DNA of 64,000 nucleotides, from the NCBI GenBank assembly GCA_973851085.1, contig OZ316776.1, forward strand, positions 5,766,001 through 5,830,000, written 5' to 3'. The first letter of the stretch is position 1; each line of letters starts with the position of its first letter. Made by a program: the position numbers and the translations under genes. Shown piece after piece: positions 12,187 to 24,840 of this stretch. The notes below the pieces were generated by a model, which worked only from the letters and a program-made list of their open reading frames with translations, was not told where the DNA came from and ran no database searches. This DNA is from Ptychomitrium polyphyllum (taxonomy: Eukaryota).

Positions 12187-13000
12187 ATGACATCGCTTGC
12201 CGCCGTGCTCGTCACTTTCGTAGCTCTTCCCTTCGTCCTGCAATGGAAGAAGCTGCCACCAGGGCCATTAGCCTGGCCAGTGGTCGGTAGCTTTCCTGCC
12301 TTCTCAGCTGGTTACCTGCTACACCGGGTCTTGCAGGATCTTGCACTCGAGTATGGGGCCTATGTATCTCCGCATGGGTAAGCATCTCAGTCCACGTTGC
12401 CTTTGTTACGTGCCTCAAAACAACATGACTAAGACTAGCTGCAAGGGGAAATTACCAACAATATGACAATGAAAGAGCAGACGACGCCAACCATGTGCCA
12501 GAATTTGTAGATGTGCTTGTGCAGAAGCCCTTCGAATATGGGGAGCCAATTCCTGATCGGAACATCTCCCTCATATGAGCACGGTAAGATTCAACAAGTC
12601 CATCCAGCCCTGGCCCTTTAAAAAAGAAAAGAAATCCATACATTGCTGGATTCCATATAATCTAAACACAATCTTGTGTTATTGATCGTGATTCAAAAGA
12701 AGGTATTTAAAACCGTACCTAAGTAATCATAGGATTCACATATTATGTATGTTTAGAATGAGCTGAACGCAGGAACACAGAACATCGCAACGGCAGTGGA
12801 GTAGGCGGTAGCAGAGGTCGTATATTAACCGGACGTACTGCAGCGTCTGCAGAACGAGCTCAACACAATGGTCCGCACTTCACGACTCGTCCACAAATCC
12901 GACCTCCCCAACCTCCCATACCTCCAAGCCGTAGTAAAGGAAACCTTCCGCGTCCAACCTCCGATCGCAAATCCACCCGAGCATTCGAGTTTCAAGGCTA
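12187..13000 (+). pseudogene. Cytochrome P450 pseudogene (CYP71-clan-like), internally deleted and 3'-truncated
   Basis: Retained parts: N-terminal anchor plus LPPGPLAWPVVG, FVDVLV, an I-helix relic AGTQNIATAVE*AVAE (TAG 12802-12804), TAA at 12826-12828, then DLPNLPYLQAVVKETFR (K-helix ExxR). There is no PERF or FxxGxRxC heme motif, and most of the middle is missing. Confidence 0.88.
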
Positions 13001-13066
13001 CGAATTTCCAAAACAGACGAGACGAATCCTCAAATCGAGCCAGTGGCGCAATACGAGACAACTTCA

Positions 13067-16037
13067 TCACAACTTCTCTAATGGAGGTCCTCCAGATCGT
13101 TTAATACCATTAGCACCATTAGCAAACCTTGGTAGGTTTAAAAGGGAATTGACACGTGTGATGCCCTCCAAAGCATTCCATTCTTCTGATTCATCCGCAT
13201 CCAACCAATCAGCTAAGCTCCGGTGGCGTTTAGATTCAGTACGATCAACTTCCTTCGCATCTTTACAGTCCACTATTTCTCCCAGAGGATGGGAGTCATC
13301 CTCTGGAGCCTTTGGTCCGCTCAAAGTGAGTTCCTCTCTTTCCTGCACCATCATACGCTTGCTTGCATCATCAAATGTAACACCAGGTCTGCTTCGAGGT
13401 CTAACCGCTGGGCTTGATTGAGGAATCTCATTGTCATGAAGACCGGAGGTAGCTGTAGACGTGTCTTCGTCAGTGCCACGGTCTAAATAAAGGCACACAA
13501 CAGCACAATCATCTACTTTAGATGTAGGGTACTTGAGGCGCCAGACCCGCACCGCAGACTCCACCAGGGATCGAGCTGCTGTTGCACGAGTAGGTGCAGT
13601 CGCTATAATTTGTACCGCTTCCTCGTTGCTTAACACGTCCCAAATCTGCAACCATAACAAAGGTAAAATTCCTTCCTTTCACACATTCGTTTCTCAGAAC
13701 CTGCTTTCAAATTGGAATCGAGTGATGAGATGGAAAACAACGTGAATCGGGTAAAATATCTGAGTTTCTTTCACTACCAGAGCAAGATTAGATGGGAAAG
13801 AAAATACAAAGTGGGACTATCACTTCAAAGGCAGATAAATAGGCCAAAGTGGCAAACTGTATTTGGAAACACCATATGGAGGTAGAAAACTAACTTGTTG
13901 TAAGAAGATATCAAAAGGATTAGAATGGGAGAATTCAAGAAAAGGGTATCGTCAAGAATTCAGAACTGTATGATCATCCTAGGAAATCATACCCCGTCAG
14001 TTGCAAGGATGATGAACTTGTCTCGATCCGTTACTTGACGATATGTGACTTCGGGAACAGCTATGACGCCATAGTCTTTGAGGCAGAAATCACCGAACGC
14101 CCTGGCCATGGCTAGTCCCGGGGAGTTGTCAAAGGGCAACCAAACCCTCATAACCTCAGGCTCATCATGGAGGGCAAACACTCGGCCCTTGCACTCTTTA
14201 ATTCTTTGAGCTTCATCTGCACAAGATGACCAGTCCCTCATTCAGTATACACTGAAGCCTAGAATGGGAAACTGCTAAAATAGACTCGTTCTATCAACGT
14301 TAGTGTATCCGTACGATACTAAACATTCTATAACTACTTTGTTTAGTGTTCGACCCAGACTCGCATCCAACACATAGAAAGTTAAAATACGCCAAAAAAA
14401 TGCGGCGTACAGAAGTTCGATTAAAAAAGGCAAGGGTCCGATGTAAATAAAGTGAGGAGTAAAATTTGTGTAGTGCTATTACCCCAACATTCCAAACTCC
14501 TAACCCGTAAATCAAACAGCTACCATTTGCGGATTTGAGGAGAGATCAGAACACTATGAACAGTTTGAAGCAAAACACTGATATGCATGAAGTGCAAGGG
14601 TAGAACCGTACGAGGTAGGTTGGGCTTCAAATCAACGGTCAACTGAACAGCTTTCCAGCTACCATTTTCATCCCGAGTTCCCATAATTGCTCGGGAGTCA
14701 CCTACATTACCAATTACAAGATGTTGTCCCTGCAGTGATTGAGCATGTCCCGTTCTAGTGATCAGTTTACTAATCAAACGAGACCAAACACCGCCATCTA
14801 TGAATCACTTCAGTCAAGTCGACTGTCAAATACTGGATATTCCTCATTTGCGTCATACTAAACTATAAGTTCTAAAACCTACACCTATCGCACCATCCTT
14901 GGCTGTTTAGGCTGAACTTCACATCTATGTCAAAGCAGCAACTCTTGATTACAATAGTGGTTGTAAAGTCCATTTAAAAAAAATATGGGTGATAGAAATA
15001 ATCATGATGATCCTGTGACCTGCTTGGAGGGCTGGTCAGTAGAATAATCACTCATTATTGAATGCAACAGTCACGACCAGATTTCCTTGATTATTTGCCC
15101 CATTGATTATTTGGATATCCAGGTTTGACAACCACTAATGTTACACAAGCCGACCCTACAAAGATTCAACCTGTACTGAAAAAGCTTAAGAAATGAATGT
15201 CACCTGCTTAAGAACTGTAACCGTTGTTGTCCCACTGCAAAAAGTGTCAATGCCAGGATGCGTGCGTAGATCTTGGTCCATCTCTTTAAACGCCATCAGA
15301 TGAGACTCTTTCCAGGGACTAAACATGGAAGGAGGCTCCGAAACCGGCGGCTCTCTTGGAAATTCCTCAACATCCGACACCGCACTCTCATATGCAGTGC
15401 TTACATTCGAGCCATAATCGGTGCGCTTGCTGTCCCCGATGCCAGGCTGCTCTACATCCCCGCCCTTGATTTCCTTTAAGACCGCCATATTGTCATGCCA
15501 GAAATTCACCAGCTTTGAGGGGAGAGAATCCCGCACTCGTCTCGCTACCAAATGACCAAAAGGACCGTGGCCATCGAACACTCCACAGAGGACTGTATCC
15601 TCCATCGACGCAAAGTTCTGAAACTCAAATTCAGAACTTTGTGAGCACGGTGAGCACTAAAACACCTGAATTTGACAACCCATGCAAACGAAACCTAATA
15701 AAAGCTAAGGCAAATGAAATCATTACTCCAAAACGAAGCTTCACAAAGCTCAGACTGAACCATCTAATGGAACCCAGGAACTCACCTCCCAAACAAGCAT
15801 AGCATCTTGATTGGTTCCCTTCCGGCCCTGCTGTGTGAACAAACATGCCGAGTCGCTGGCCCCAATACGAAACATCCGCCCGGGGGTCATGGCTAGAAGT
15901 ACGTCTCTCTTACCCTCGTTCGCCATTACTTCCATAACCTGCTTCTGCGATTCCCTCTTCCGCTGCTTCCTCCCCACCATCGCAGGCTTCTCCACCCCAT
16001 TGGCCACCCCCGGATCGGTCGACATGCATGTCCCCAT
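13067..16037 (-). CDS. Protein phosphatase 2C (clade E-like), N-terminal MGTC acylation motif; spliced
   Basis: Five exons carry QGRKGTNQDAM, CGVFDGHG, CSGTT, GNVGDSRA, DLKPNLP, PGLAMARAFGD, ILATDG|IWDVLSN and DDCAVVCL. The C-terminus has EEWNALEGITRVNSLLNLPRF, typical of this plant subgroup. Confidence 0.95.
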
Positions 16038-18791
16038 GCTGAGATCCCAGCCTTAAGTTGTTGACCACACTCACAACCCTAAACCGTCGCCAGAGTATCC
16101 CCCAACCTCACCTCAATAATGCTGGCGTCAAGAATAGTTGCCTACCCATCTCTCATTGCACGGAAGTCCGCATCACCCTCATTGTAATTTTATCCTACTC
16201 CACACCAACCCACTAATTTTCTAGTTGCGGATGTTCAACCTTGGTTGGAGCTTAGGTTCCAACCATTCCCAAATGTGTCCAGGTCTTCCCAAGTCCTTAA
16301 GCCAGTAGCTTGCCACAAGAAGCCTAAAGAAAGAGAACAAGGATTTCTTGATTCAATCACTAAACTCATAAAAGATTCCGCATTCCTTCACAAATTCCCA
16401 GTCCCCTCTAAGAACATGCAACAAAGCCCTAATTGGACATGATTCTCTGCAATCATGACCAAACAAGCAGACAAAAGTATCGTACACACAACAGGCGTAG
16501 AATGTGCATGTTGCAAGGACGCTACTCTAGGACCTAGACCGTCACCAGAAAAATTCTTACACGTCCACAACCCCAAAACCCTCATGCATACAGCTCACCT
16601 AGCCTTTCTCATCTCCTGGAACGCAACACAGCACAAGACACTCAAACCCTACTCCTCGGCTCCACGCCGTTAGTTGCGTAACACAATTAATCATTAAATG
16701 CCACTGTCATCATCGCCACGCCCTCGGAATCTCCTCCCAACCACTAACCCATCAACTCTCCTCCACCAGTCCAATCACACGCTCACAACACCAAACGCTT
16801 CGCTAAACTTAACTCACCCACTTCAACTTCAACCAAATCCCCAAAACCTCTAACTTTCTCACCTAAGCAAACAAACCCACAAAAAGTCCAACTACATCAT
16901 AGCAGAGTACACTACCTTCAAATGCCTGATGATTGCACACACCACAACGCTCAAGCACCAACACGAGCACTTGATGCCAGTCGAGGTGTCCCAATTTTCA
17001 AACCCGAAAGAGAAAGGGCGTGGGAGCTAGGTCACAGCAAGATTGTGATATGACCGCGACGTGCGTTCTCTCCCAGCAGCGACCCTTGCAGTTCCGACGC
17101 TTGCTCCATCGCTCGTCGACACCTTGCAGGCTTGTGACTCGCCTGCGGATGAAACTAGTGTTTCCCAGCCTGCAAGGAGATGCGATGGCTGGGCCTTCAG
17201 AGCAAAATTACTCCACACGTGTAGACGGTGCCCATGGCCATGGATGCAGCCACGGAGTCACAGCTCGTGGCAGATGGGTCCGTTGAACTCTCTTGGTCCT
17301 TAGGTTGCCAATTTATGTTGCCTGACTCCGCGTGCATCGGCTTGATGTGCCACAATCAAAGGACACTGCCATCGACTGCCTAGAGTGTTATAGCACGCTG
17401 CATCCTCCCTCTGTACGTGAGTGCACACTGTTCTGCTCCTGCCGCCGCAGTCCAGTTCATTGCCCTCCATGTCTATGAAATCTTCTAGATTTCGGAACAT
17501 GTAAAGGGTGATGAAGGTTCAAAGCTGTCGACTCTGCCAGCATGTGAGAACACATCGTTGAGTCTCTGCGTCTTTGATTGAATTGGTTTTTCTGGCTGTG
17601 AGTGAGACTTTGCCGATTCTCTTAGGGGTTTTGTTTTGTTGTTTTTCCTTCCTTTTGTGTTCCAGATTGCGCAACTCTTTAGTTCTTGGTACTGTTTGTG
17701 TTTGTGTTGCAAGCGGGAGTTCTTCTCGGACTGGGGTCGAGGGACTGTGAAGATGTGCATGGATCTGCAGGAAAGGCAACTTGCTTCGTATTTTGGAAGA
17801 AAGTTTCTCCTGTTTGATGATTGACGTGCTCTCACTGGCCAGAGCTTTCGGGTTTAATTGTTTATTGTATGTTCTATGCCTGTATTATTAGTTTGTCGAC
17901 GCCAAGCTGAGGCATCCATCAAGCTTTCATTGCTGTCTGCAGAATACTTGCTCCAGGAACGCTCTGTATGTTGTGTGCAGTGGCTCGGGCGAGCAGAAGT
18001 TTCAAGCAGTTCAGCAATATTCACTGTATGATACTCTGGTGATACCGTGATGATACTGTTATTGTACGCGGAAGGTTCTCGGCTTGAGAATCCACCGTAC
18101 CGACATTTCCCTATAATTTCCCCGACTCCGCCCGTGTATTGATTCAATCGCACCACCACAGACTTGGCGTTGAGCGTGATCGTGCGTGAAGCCTACAGGC
18201 GTTACTTGCGAAATCGCCATATGACAGTCTTTGAAGGCTTCACAACTCTCTGATGGCTGTTTGACTGATGATTTTGGAGCCACATGGTGACCATCCCTCA
18301 CGGAAGACTAAGATAAATAGAGAGTTGATTGAAACTGTGAAGTTGACACAGATGCAAGAGACGTTGCCAATTTGAAGCACCCATCATAGATTCTGCTCCG
18401 GTTATTACTTCAGTTACTTGACAACGTCAAGTAGACGTTGCTTGAGGTTAAAGATTCAGTTCGAACTGGTTACCTCAGATGTCGCCTACTTCTAAACTTT
18501 CAGCATGACGGGGAGACGAGGTAAAAGATCGTATCACCGAATGCAGAGAACTTGAAGTACGTGATGAGTTGACGGGAAAGTCAAAACTTGTAACAAATTC
18601 GCAACACCAAACATCCATGCAAAAGCAACCCCCCCCCCCCCCCCCACTTATGAAAAGCATTTTCTCCTGCAATATACTCGACGCATAACATACTGCACAG
18701 ACAGTGACGTAAAGCCTCTCAGCTTTCGTGCAAAAAATGTCATCGTTAATGAATTGTATACAGATATTCAACCGCAACGCTACGATATATG

Positions 18792-21700
18792 TTACTTCCT
18801 CACAGGAGCACACCCTTCATAACCTAACAGCCATGTTTCATGGATCAATCTCCAGTACAAGCCGTTAGGAAATTCCACCTGCTCACAGGGCCAACCATAA
18901 CATCGTCAATTCACTATCCAGCTGCAAACGACAAAAATCTTACATAAGAACACATACAGATGAAATGCATTTCACTTGATGAAGGAAAAAAATACAGCAC
19001 GGAGAGTTCCAATCAACGTGGTCTTACGTTAGCTTGTAACAGGGCACTTGTGAGCACACAGGTCAATCCAGCATCTGCACAAGTGAGGACAAGATTTTAT
19101 TCGAGCAGCAGTAGATCGATATCAAATAACAGCAAGATATGGCTCTGCGAAATTGTTCTCTACAACATCTAATCTTGTAAAAACTGAATATGGTTTCATA
19201 TAGCAACTTCACCCAAGGGATTCGATGACAGTTGACTACATGATAAAGACTCACCTGATCTTTCCCATTTATCGAATCTAACCAACCAGGAATCGTCACT
19301 AAGTTCAATAGAACGGACACGATCTACCCATATATGGAAGAGTTTTCCTTTTTGTGAGCCATACTGCGTCCAAAGGATATCTATCTCCTCATGTGGATTA
19401 TCTATGATGCCCCATGGACAAACTCTATTCGACTCCTTTGCCTGTGCAACCCACACGCACGGTGATACTTAGTACAAAGTCAAAATTCAAGCAGTGAAAT
19501 CATATCGTGGAGCAGTTTCCACTAGACGACCACCATCTTGCATTAATCACCAAGGTGAATACTCCAGATGCAAGGAAAATTTCTGAAAACGAAGGAAGGA
19601 ATGACAAAATGATTATGAATTAGATAATACTTGAACAAGATAAATATGAAATACTTTAAGGAACGTAGCAAACAACATGAAAGTGCTGCAACTCACCAAG
19701 GAAAATTTAAGCCTCCTAAACGCTTCCTCAGAGGCATCTATATCGCCTCGCAGCCATTGCTCAGTGAGCAGTACATATTCTACCACCTCACGAGCCACAG
19801 CACCAGCACCAGGCTTTGGAGCAAATTTGTCATGAACTGACAGTGGGACAGTGCGATCTCGTGGAGTGACATTTGGTTGGAGATCAAAGTGGTTCATGGC
19901 CTGGATAATACCAGCTGCACACCTTTCTGTGGCAACGAAAATGTGAGACTTATCACCGACTTGATCAGCATGCCATTGGAGCAACTCATCTTGGGCATTC
20001 GCCACCTGCTACCCAGAAAAAATAAGCCCGACTCGTGAGAAAAGTAAACCAGTGCATCAAACTAACATGCATCACTATGAATGCCTCTATTCGCTAATAG
20101 AAAAGTGCTTAGACAATATGAGATACTATTCTAAGTCAGGTCATGTACAAATTGTGGCACTACACATGCTAATCTGTAAAAACTTGTTACGTTTTCTTAG
20201 GACGAATTCAACCTAGTATTAATGTTATTGTCACCAGTCAGAGGCTAAAAAGTGACACTAGACAACTGCGTACACCAGATCTACTGAACAACAAGGAAGC
20301 AATTGCGCTGACGACAGTCCACTCAAGAGAACATTCCATCTTGAATTGAAAAACAGAATTATAGAAGATCATCCACGTAAAAACCATGTACGAAAAACAG
20401 CCCAATCTACATTTAAAGGTGAACTTATGATAATGAGACTTACAATAACGCCGTAGACGTTGTCCACACCGAAGAGTTCTATATCATTTCCGGAATCCCC
20501 ACAAACTAGTGTTTTTTGAGGTGTACGGCCTTCAGCCTTGAGCTTTCTTAAGAGATAAGACAGAGCTTGGCCTTTGCCAGCAGCTCTAGGGAGAACATCG
20601 AGATCCAAACCTCTACTGTAAATGAGTTTAATGTCTAGCTGCCAATCACAAGTTTTCGTCAGTCTAGATAATATACTAAAAGTTGCAGATAAGTAAGTTC
20701 TGAATTTTGATTGAAATGATCATCACCTATTGGCGAGGTGCAGCCCTTCTGTGCAGACAGAAAGGCTCAACAATCGCTCTTAAAACGTTTCAGATAAACC
20801 CTGAGTTGATCCTTTTGATGATCAAGAACAGAAAGCTTGATAAACGAGGGTACAACGGTAGGGCTTCTGAACGTAAAAGCAACACAAAAATGGAAGTCAT
20901 GAAACTTGTGTTGATTAAATTGGTGTATTGTACTTACCCCTTTAGCTTTCAGCTTTTCAAGAAGCATGGGCATGACGTGCGTGGACTCCTCCTTCCTGAC
21001 GTGGAAGCTTACTTTGTGCGGCCTTTGTTCTGAATCACACTGCCAAATTGTGACAAAGTGCACGTAACTTGAGACAAGCTCATCTATTGTCCCGGTTATG
21101 TAAGCAAATCCACTGTGACGCAACCCAAACATGACGTCATGAGAAAATTGCAAAATGACTTCTTACATCGAGAGTTCTGTATACTGTGCCTCGAATTCCT
21201 TCCACATCATAACTCAAATCCTACAGTGGGGCACAGGTGCAAATTAACACCTGATATTTAAGATTCATCTCTTCAGCCACCTCCTCAACAGCTGCACGAC
21301 TCCAGCCTTTGTTGAGTTCATCGATAAAACCAAAATCTTGCGTCATAGTGTCCCCATAATAAATTTCAGATCCACAAGACAAAATCGCAATTCCTGGTGT
21401 CATCAAAGGCACCTCTTGCCTCAAGTCGGAGAACATAGTCGGGGACCTTCCAGTGGAGTACACGAGTAAAGAATCATGGTTGTATTCCGACTCCCATAGT
21501 GCACCAAACCGCAACAAAGACCCATGATCCTTATGGTCCACCTGTAATTACAGAAATCGGTGAATAAAAGTGTTCATTCCATAACATGTAGCCATAAAGT
21601 TGGATTTAACTTACTCGTGCCACCCTGACGCTATAATAAGGAACTGATCTACAGTTTTCAAATCTCAATCAACCATTCAAAAGTAGCTTCTGAAATCCTT

Positions 21701-22308
21701 AAGGAAAAGGAAGAAATTCAACCCTTCAAATTTGGCCAACACGCGAACCATCACGAGCCGCATTACTTACTACGCTACAATTCAGTAACACAATTGGTGC
21801 AGAAAACTACTCTCGGACCAGCCGTGCAACATAACAAAAATGCAATGTAGCGCTACATTCAGACACAACGCTACGAGGCGAACACCAAGTACACACGACT
21901 TGGAAAAGTGTACGATGAGGATCCTAGAAATTATAGCTGTATTAGAAACGTTGAGAGAACTCAAAAAAACCCATAGAACCACTACTACCAAAAAAATGCG
22001 GAAAATTGAACTCCTCAAGTAATCTTTCTCGCCTTACCTCCACCTCACTCGCTTAGACACTTATACAAACGTACAAGCGAGCACGAATTTTTTTCCCGAA
22101 TTCACACCTCACAACACGACCACTTCTAAATCAACTTCGAAAACTCTCCTTCTCAGCTAATAAACCTCATTAATTCTTTTCCACATTGCGACAGCCAGCG
22201 GGTACAAGAAATGAAAAAGCGGCACGAAAAGGCAAGGACGAAAGCACACACCATAGTGTGGTCCAGATCCGACACAACCAACAACCGCGGCGCTCCCTTG
22301 AACTCCAT
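18792..22308 (-). CDS. SPP: Sucrose-phosphate phosphatase (HAD superfamily, with plant C-terminal domain); spliced
   Basis: Exon 1 reads [19 protein letters not shown] (motif I DxDxT). Later exons give [10 protein letters not shown]…[46 protein letters not shown]…[15 protein letters not shown]…WLVRFDKWE. The last exon is [28 protein letters not shown]. Confidence 0.95.
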
Positions 22309-24669
22309 TGCGTTAAGTCAAAAACTCTAGTCAACTGCGAGGACAACAGCACAACGCTTCTTGAACGGCCAGCAAAAAGCAACGAACGTCCGCCGATCTC
22401 CAACACTAAAGCAGGCGGAAGTCGGAGGCGCACAAGCGTCGGGCGCGCAAAGCAATTATAACAACCACAACCAGCACTAAACGAACGATGAGTTGCGATG
22501 AAAGACAGCAACTCGAGCTCTCGCCCGCGTAGGCTGGAGCCTGCGCTTGCCTGTCCTCGACTCGGTTCGGCTCCACCAGAGAAAGAAGAGAATAGCGGAG
22601 AGCCCCGAGGCTTTTATGGTGGAGCCTGGATATGCAAACCAAAAAGAGGCCCAGAGCACAATGGCCGTCAACAGACTCTGCCAAGCTGGCTGCTCCAACC
22701 CAAAACGAACGGTGCAGATCTGTTGCCGCACCAATTACACAGCCTCAACAGAACTGCAACACTCACTCAGCAAGCAAGCCTGGCGCGGTCTTCGCCTCCG
22801 CCTGACCGTCTCCTCCGAACCGGTCGGTCCCACGCACGCACCAAACACCAAACCAGCGTGAGTTCACTCGAACTGCTGCCACCACCAACAGCAACATTCG
22901 ACCAGCTTGCCGCTCCCTGTGGCCCACCACTGCTGGAGCTCCGACTCACTGCTGGCCCGCATTTTCTGTCGCAACGAACGCACTTGCTCTCCTCGCGGCT
23001 ACACCAGCATGCATCATTCTTCCCTGTCATCTCCTTCGTCTGGCACGTTTCTGTGCGCCTCGTTCTTTCTTGTTTTTCTCTCTGGCAGTGCGTCTTTTCC
23101 AGGCGATGTAAATTACAAACATGATTGTTGGCAACCTGCTGCTGCCTATAGGCTTGACCTTGTCGCCGATCGACGCTGCCATCGCCAACACCGTCGCCAT
23201 CGCCAACACCGTCGCCATAGCCATCAGCTCTGCACTGGCTCCGACTTCTTTCTTCGTTCCGCACCCTTCTGGACGCAAATATCCAAACTCCGTCACTTTG
23301 TCAACTATGCGGGTCTACATCTGCGTGACTGGGATCTAAGAAATGCGGAGAAAGTGTCAGTTTAGCGTTAAATGTCGCTTGGGTGTATGCGAGTTTGGTT
23401 CGTCCGCTAAGCCGACGACCAGAGCCTGACGGTTGTGTTCGTTCGTTGAATCATGGATGTTCCTTCGACGATACAATCCTGCCAATTTCGCTAGACGTGG
23501 ACGAACGAAGTTCGCGTCATACAGCACTCTGGCTCCATCACTGGCATCGTGATTGAGCTTTTTCATTCATTTTATCCTTTTCCAATGCCACAGTACATTG
23601 ATCAAAACTTGAAAATTTAAATATTAGATTGTATTAGATGACTAAATTCGATGAGCAGTTAGCCCTTCGTGTCTAACAGCTATACCGGCTTCATATCAAA
23701 ACAGTCCGTAGTTGGACGTAAATTCGGCATGTATATGAATTTTGATAGAAATTTTTTACTCAGGGGATCTATTGTACTCTGCACATTGTCCAATGCTTTT
23801 TAACTACTTTTGAAAATCTTGAGGTGTATTTTATATTCAATTCCAAAAAATGGATAACTAGTACAAAACCTGCCTTGGCTTAAGTCAGCAGCACTAAGCC
23901 TTCATTTGCTCAGCATCTTCATGCTCTGCACCCTGCTTTGCACGCACTTCAACCAGCTTCACCTAGCACACCTCCTGACTCTTCTCTTCTTCATGCTTCG
24001 TAGCCTTTATCTTTCTTGCTTCTTCTATTTTAAGTTGATTTTCTCTCTTACCCCGTTAAGCCTTTCATTCCTGCAATTTCTCAGCTACACTTGCATACAA
24101 TCAGATGCTAAGATAACAAATTTTTGTTCAGGTAATAATCGGATTAATGACACGTCTTTGCAGGTTAGTTCTAGTTCGAAATGTAGGTTATGTTAAGAAA
24201 CGGGTGATTGAATCTGGATTTGAATCGGCCGGATTCAATCATGTATCCTTTTTGATTATATTTTCGGTCCAAGGCGTGCAAATCCACACAGTAAAGCCTT
24301 TAGTATACGGAAATGTGCTCCAAATTAGCCTCAATGTCACCTTACTGGAGTTTAAGTAAGTGGGTCACGTCTTCAATACTATAGTGAAGCAGTTCTTTGT
24401 ACTACTTGTGTTGCCAAGCAAATTCTTTCTCAACATAGCATCTAGGTGGACTTCAATATCATGGGGATAATTTCACTCAACAGAGAGATTGTACATAAGA
24501 ATTTGGTACCAAATGATTTTTATTGTGAATTATCCAACATAGGTATTGTCAATTCAACACAAACAAAGCCAACATAAACAAGTCAAGAAACATGTAATGT
24601 GCAAATACTTCCTTTGTAGTTTATGCATTTAAATTTTGGAAAGTCCAAAAATCTCTATATTTTTATCAA

Positions 24670-24840
24670 ATTCTACTTGAAACATTTAAACACATAAGTA
24701 TCTAATGATTGCAAAGTATGAGAGGTATGAGATAATTGGGTCAATAATTCTAACTAATAATGTGTGGTACATCTAAAGTAACAATATTAATGTGTTAAAC
24801 AAGTATTAATTAATGTCTTTCTTCTATAGAAATGCTCTAG
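24670..24840 (-). mobile_element. Degenerate pogo/Fot1-like (DDE_1) transposase relic; the element probably extends across ~24.3-26 kb
   Basis: Minus-strand translation gives ERH*LILV*HINIVTLDV followed by QLSHTSHTLQSLDTYVFKCFK*. This matches the pogo-family pattern RHLLILDGHxSHxT…LPxHTSHxLQPLDxxxFKPFK. Confidence 0.65.

Noticed and set aside
12187..22308. P450 + PP2C + SPP (+ HMA) as a metabolic or signalling gene cluster
   Set aside because: The P450 is a pseudogene and the other genes have unrelated housekeeping functions. Adjacency alone is not evidence of a cluster in a plant genome.
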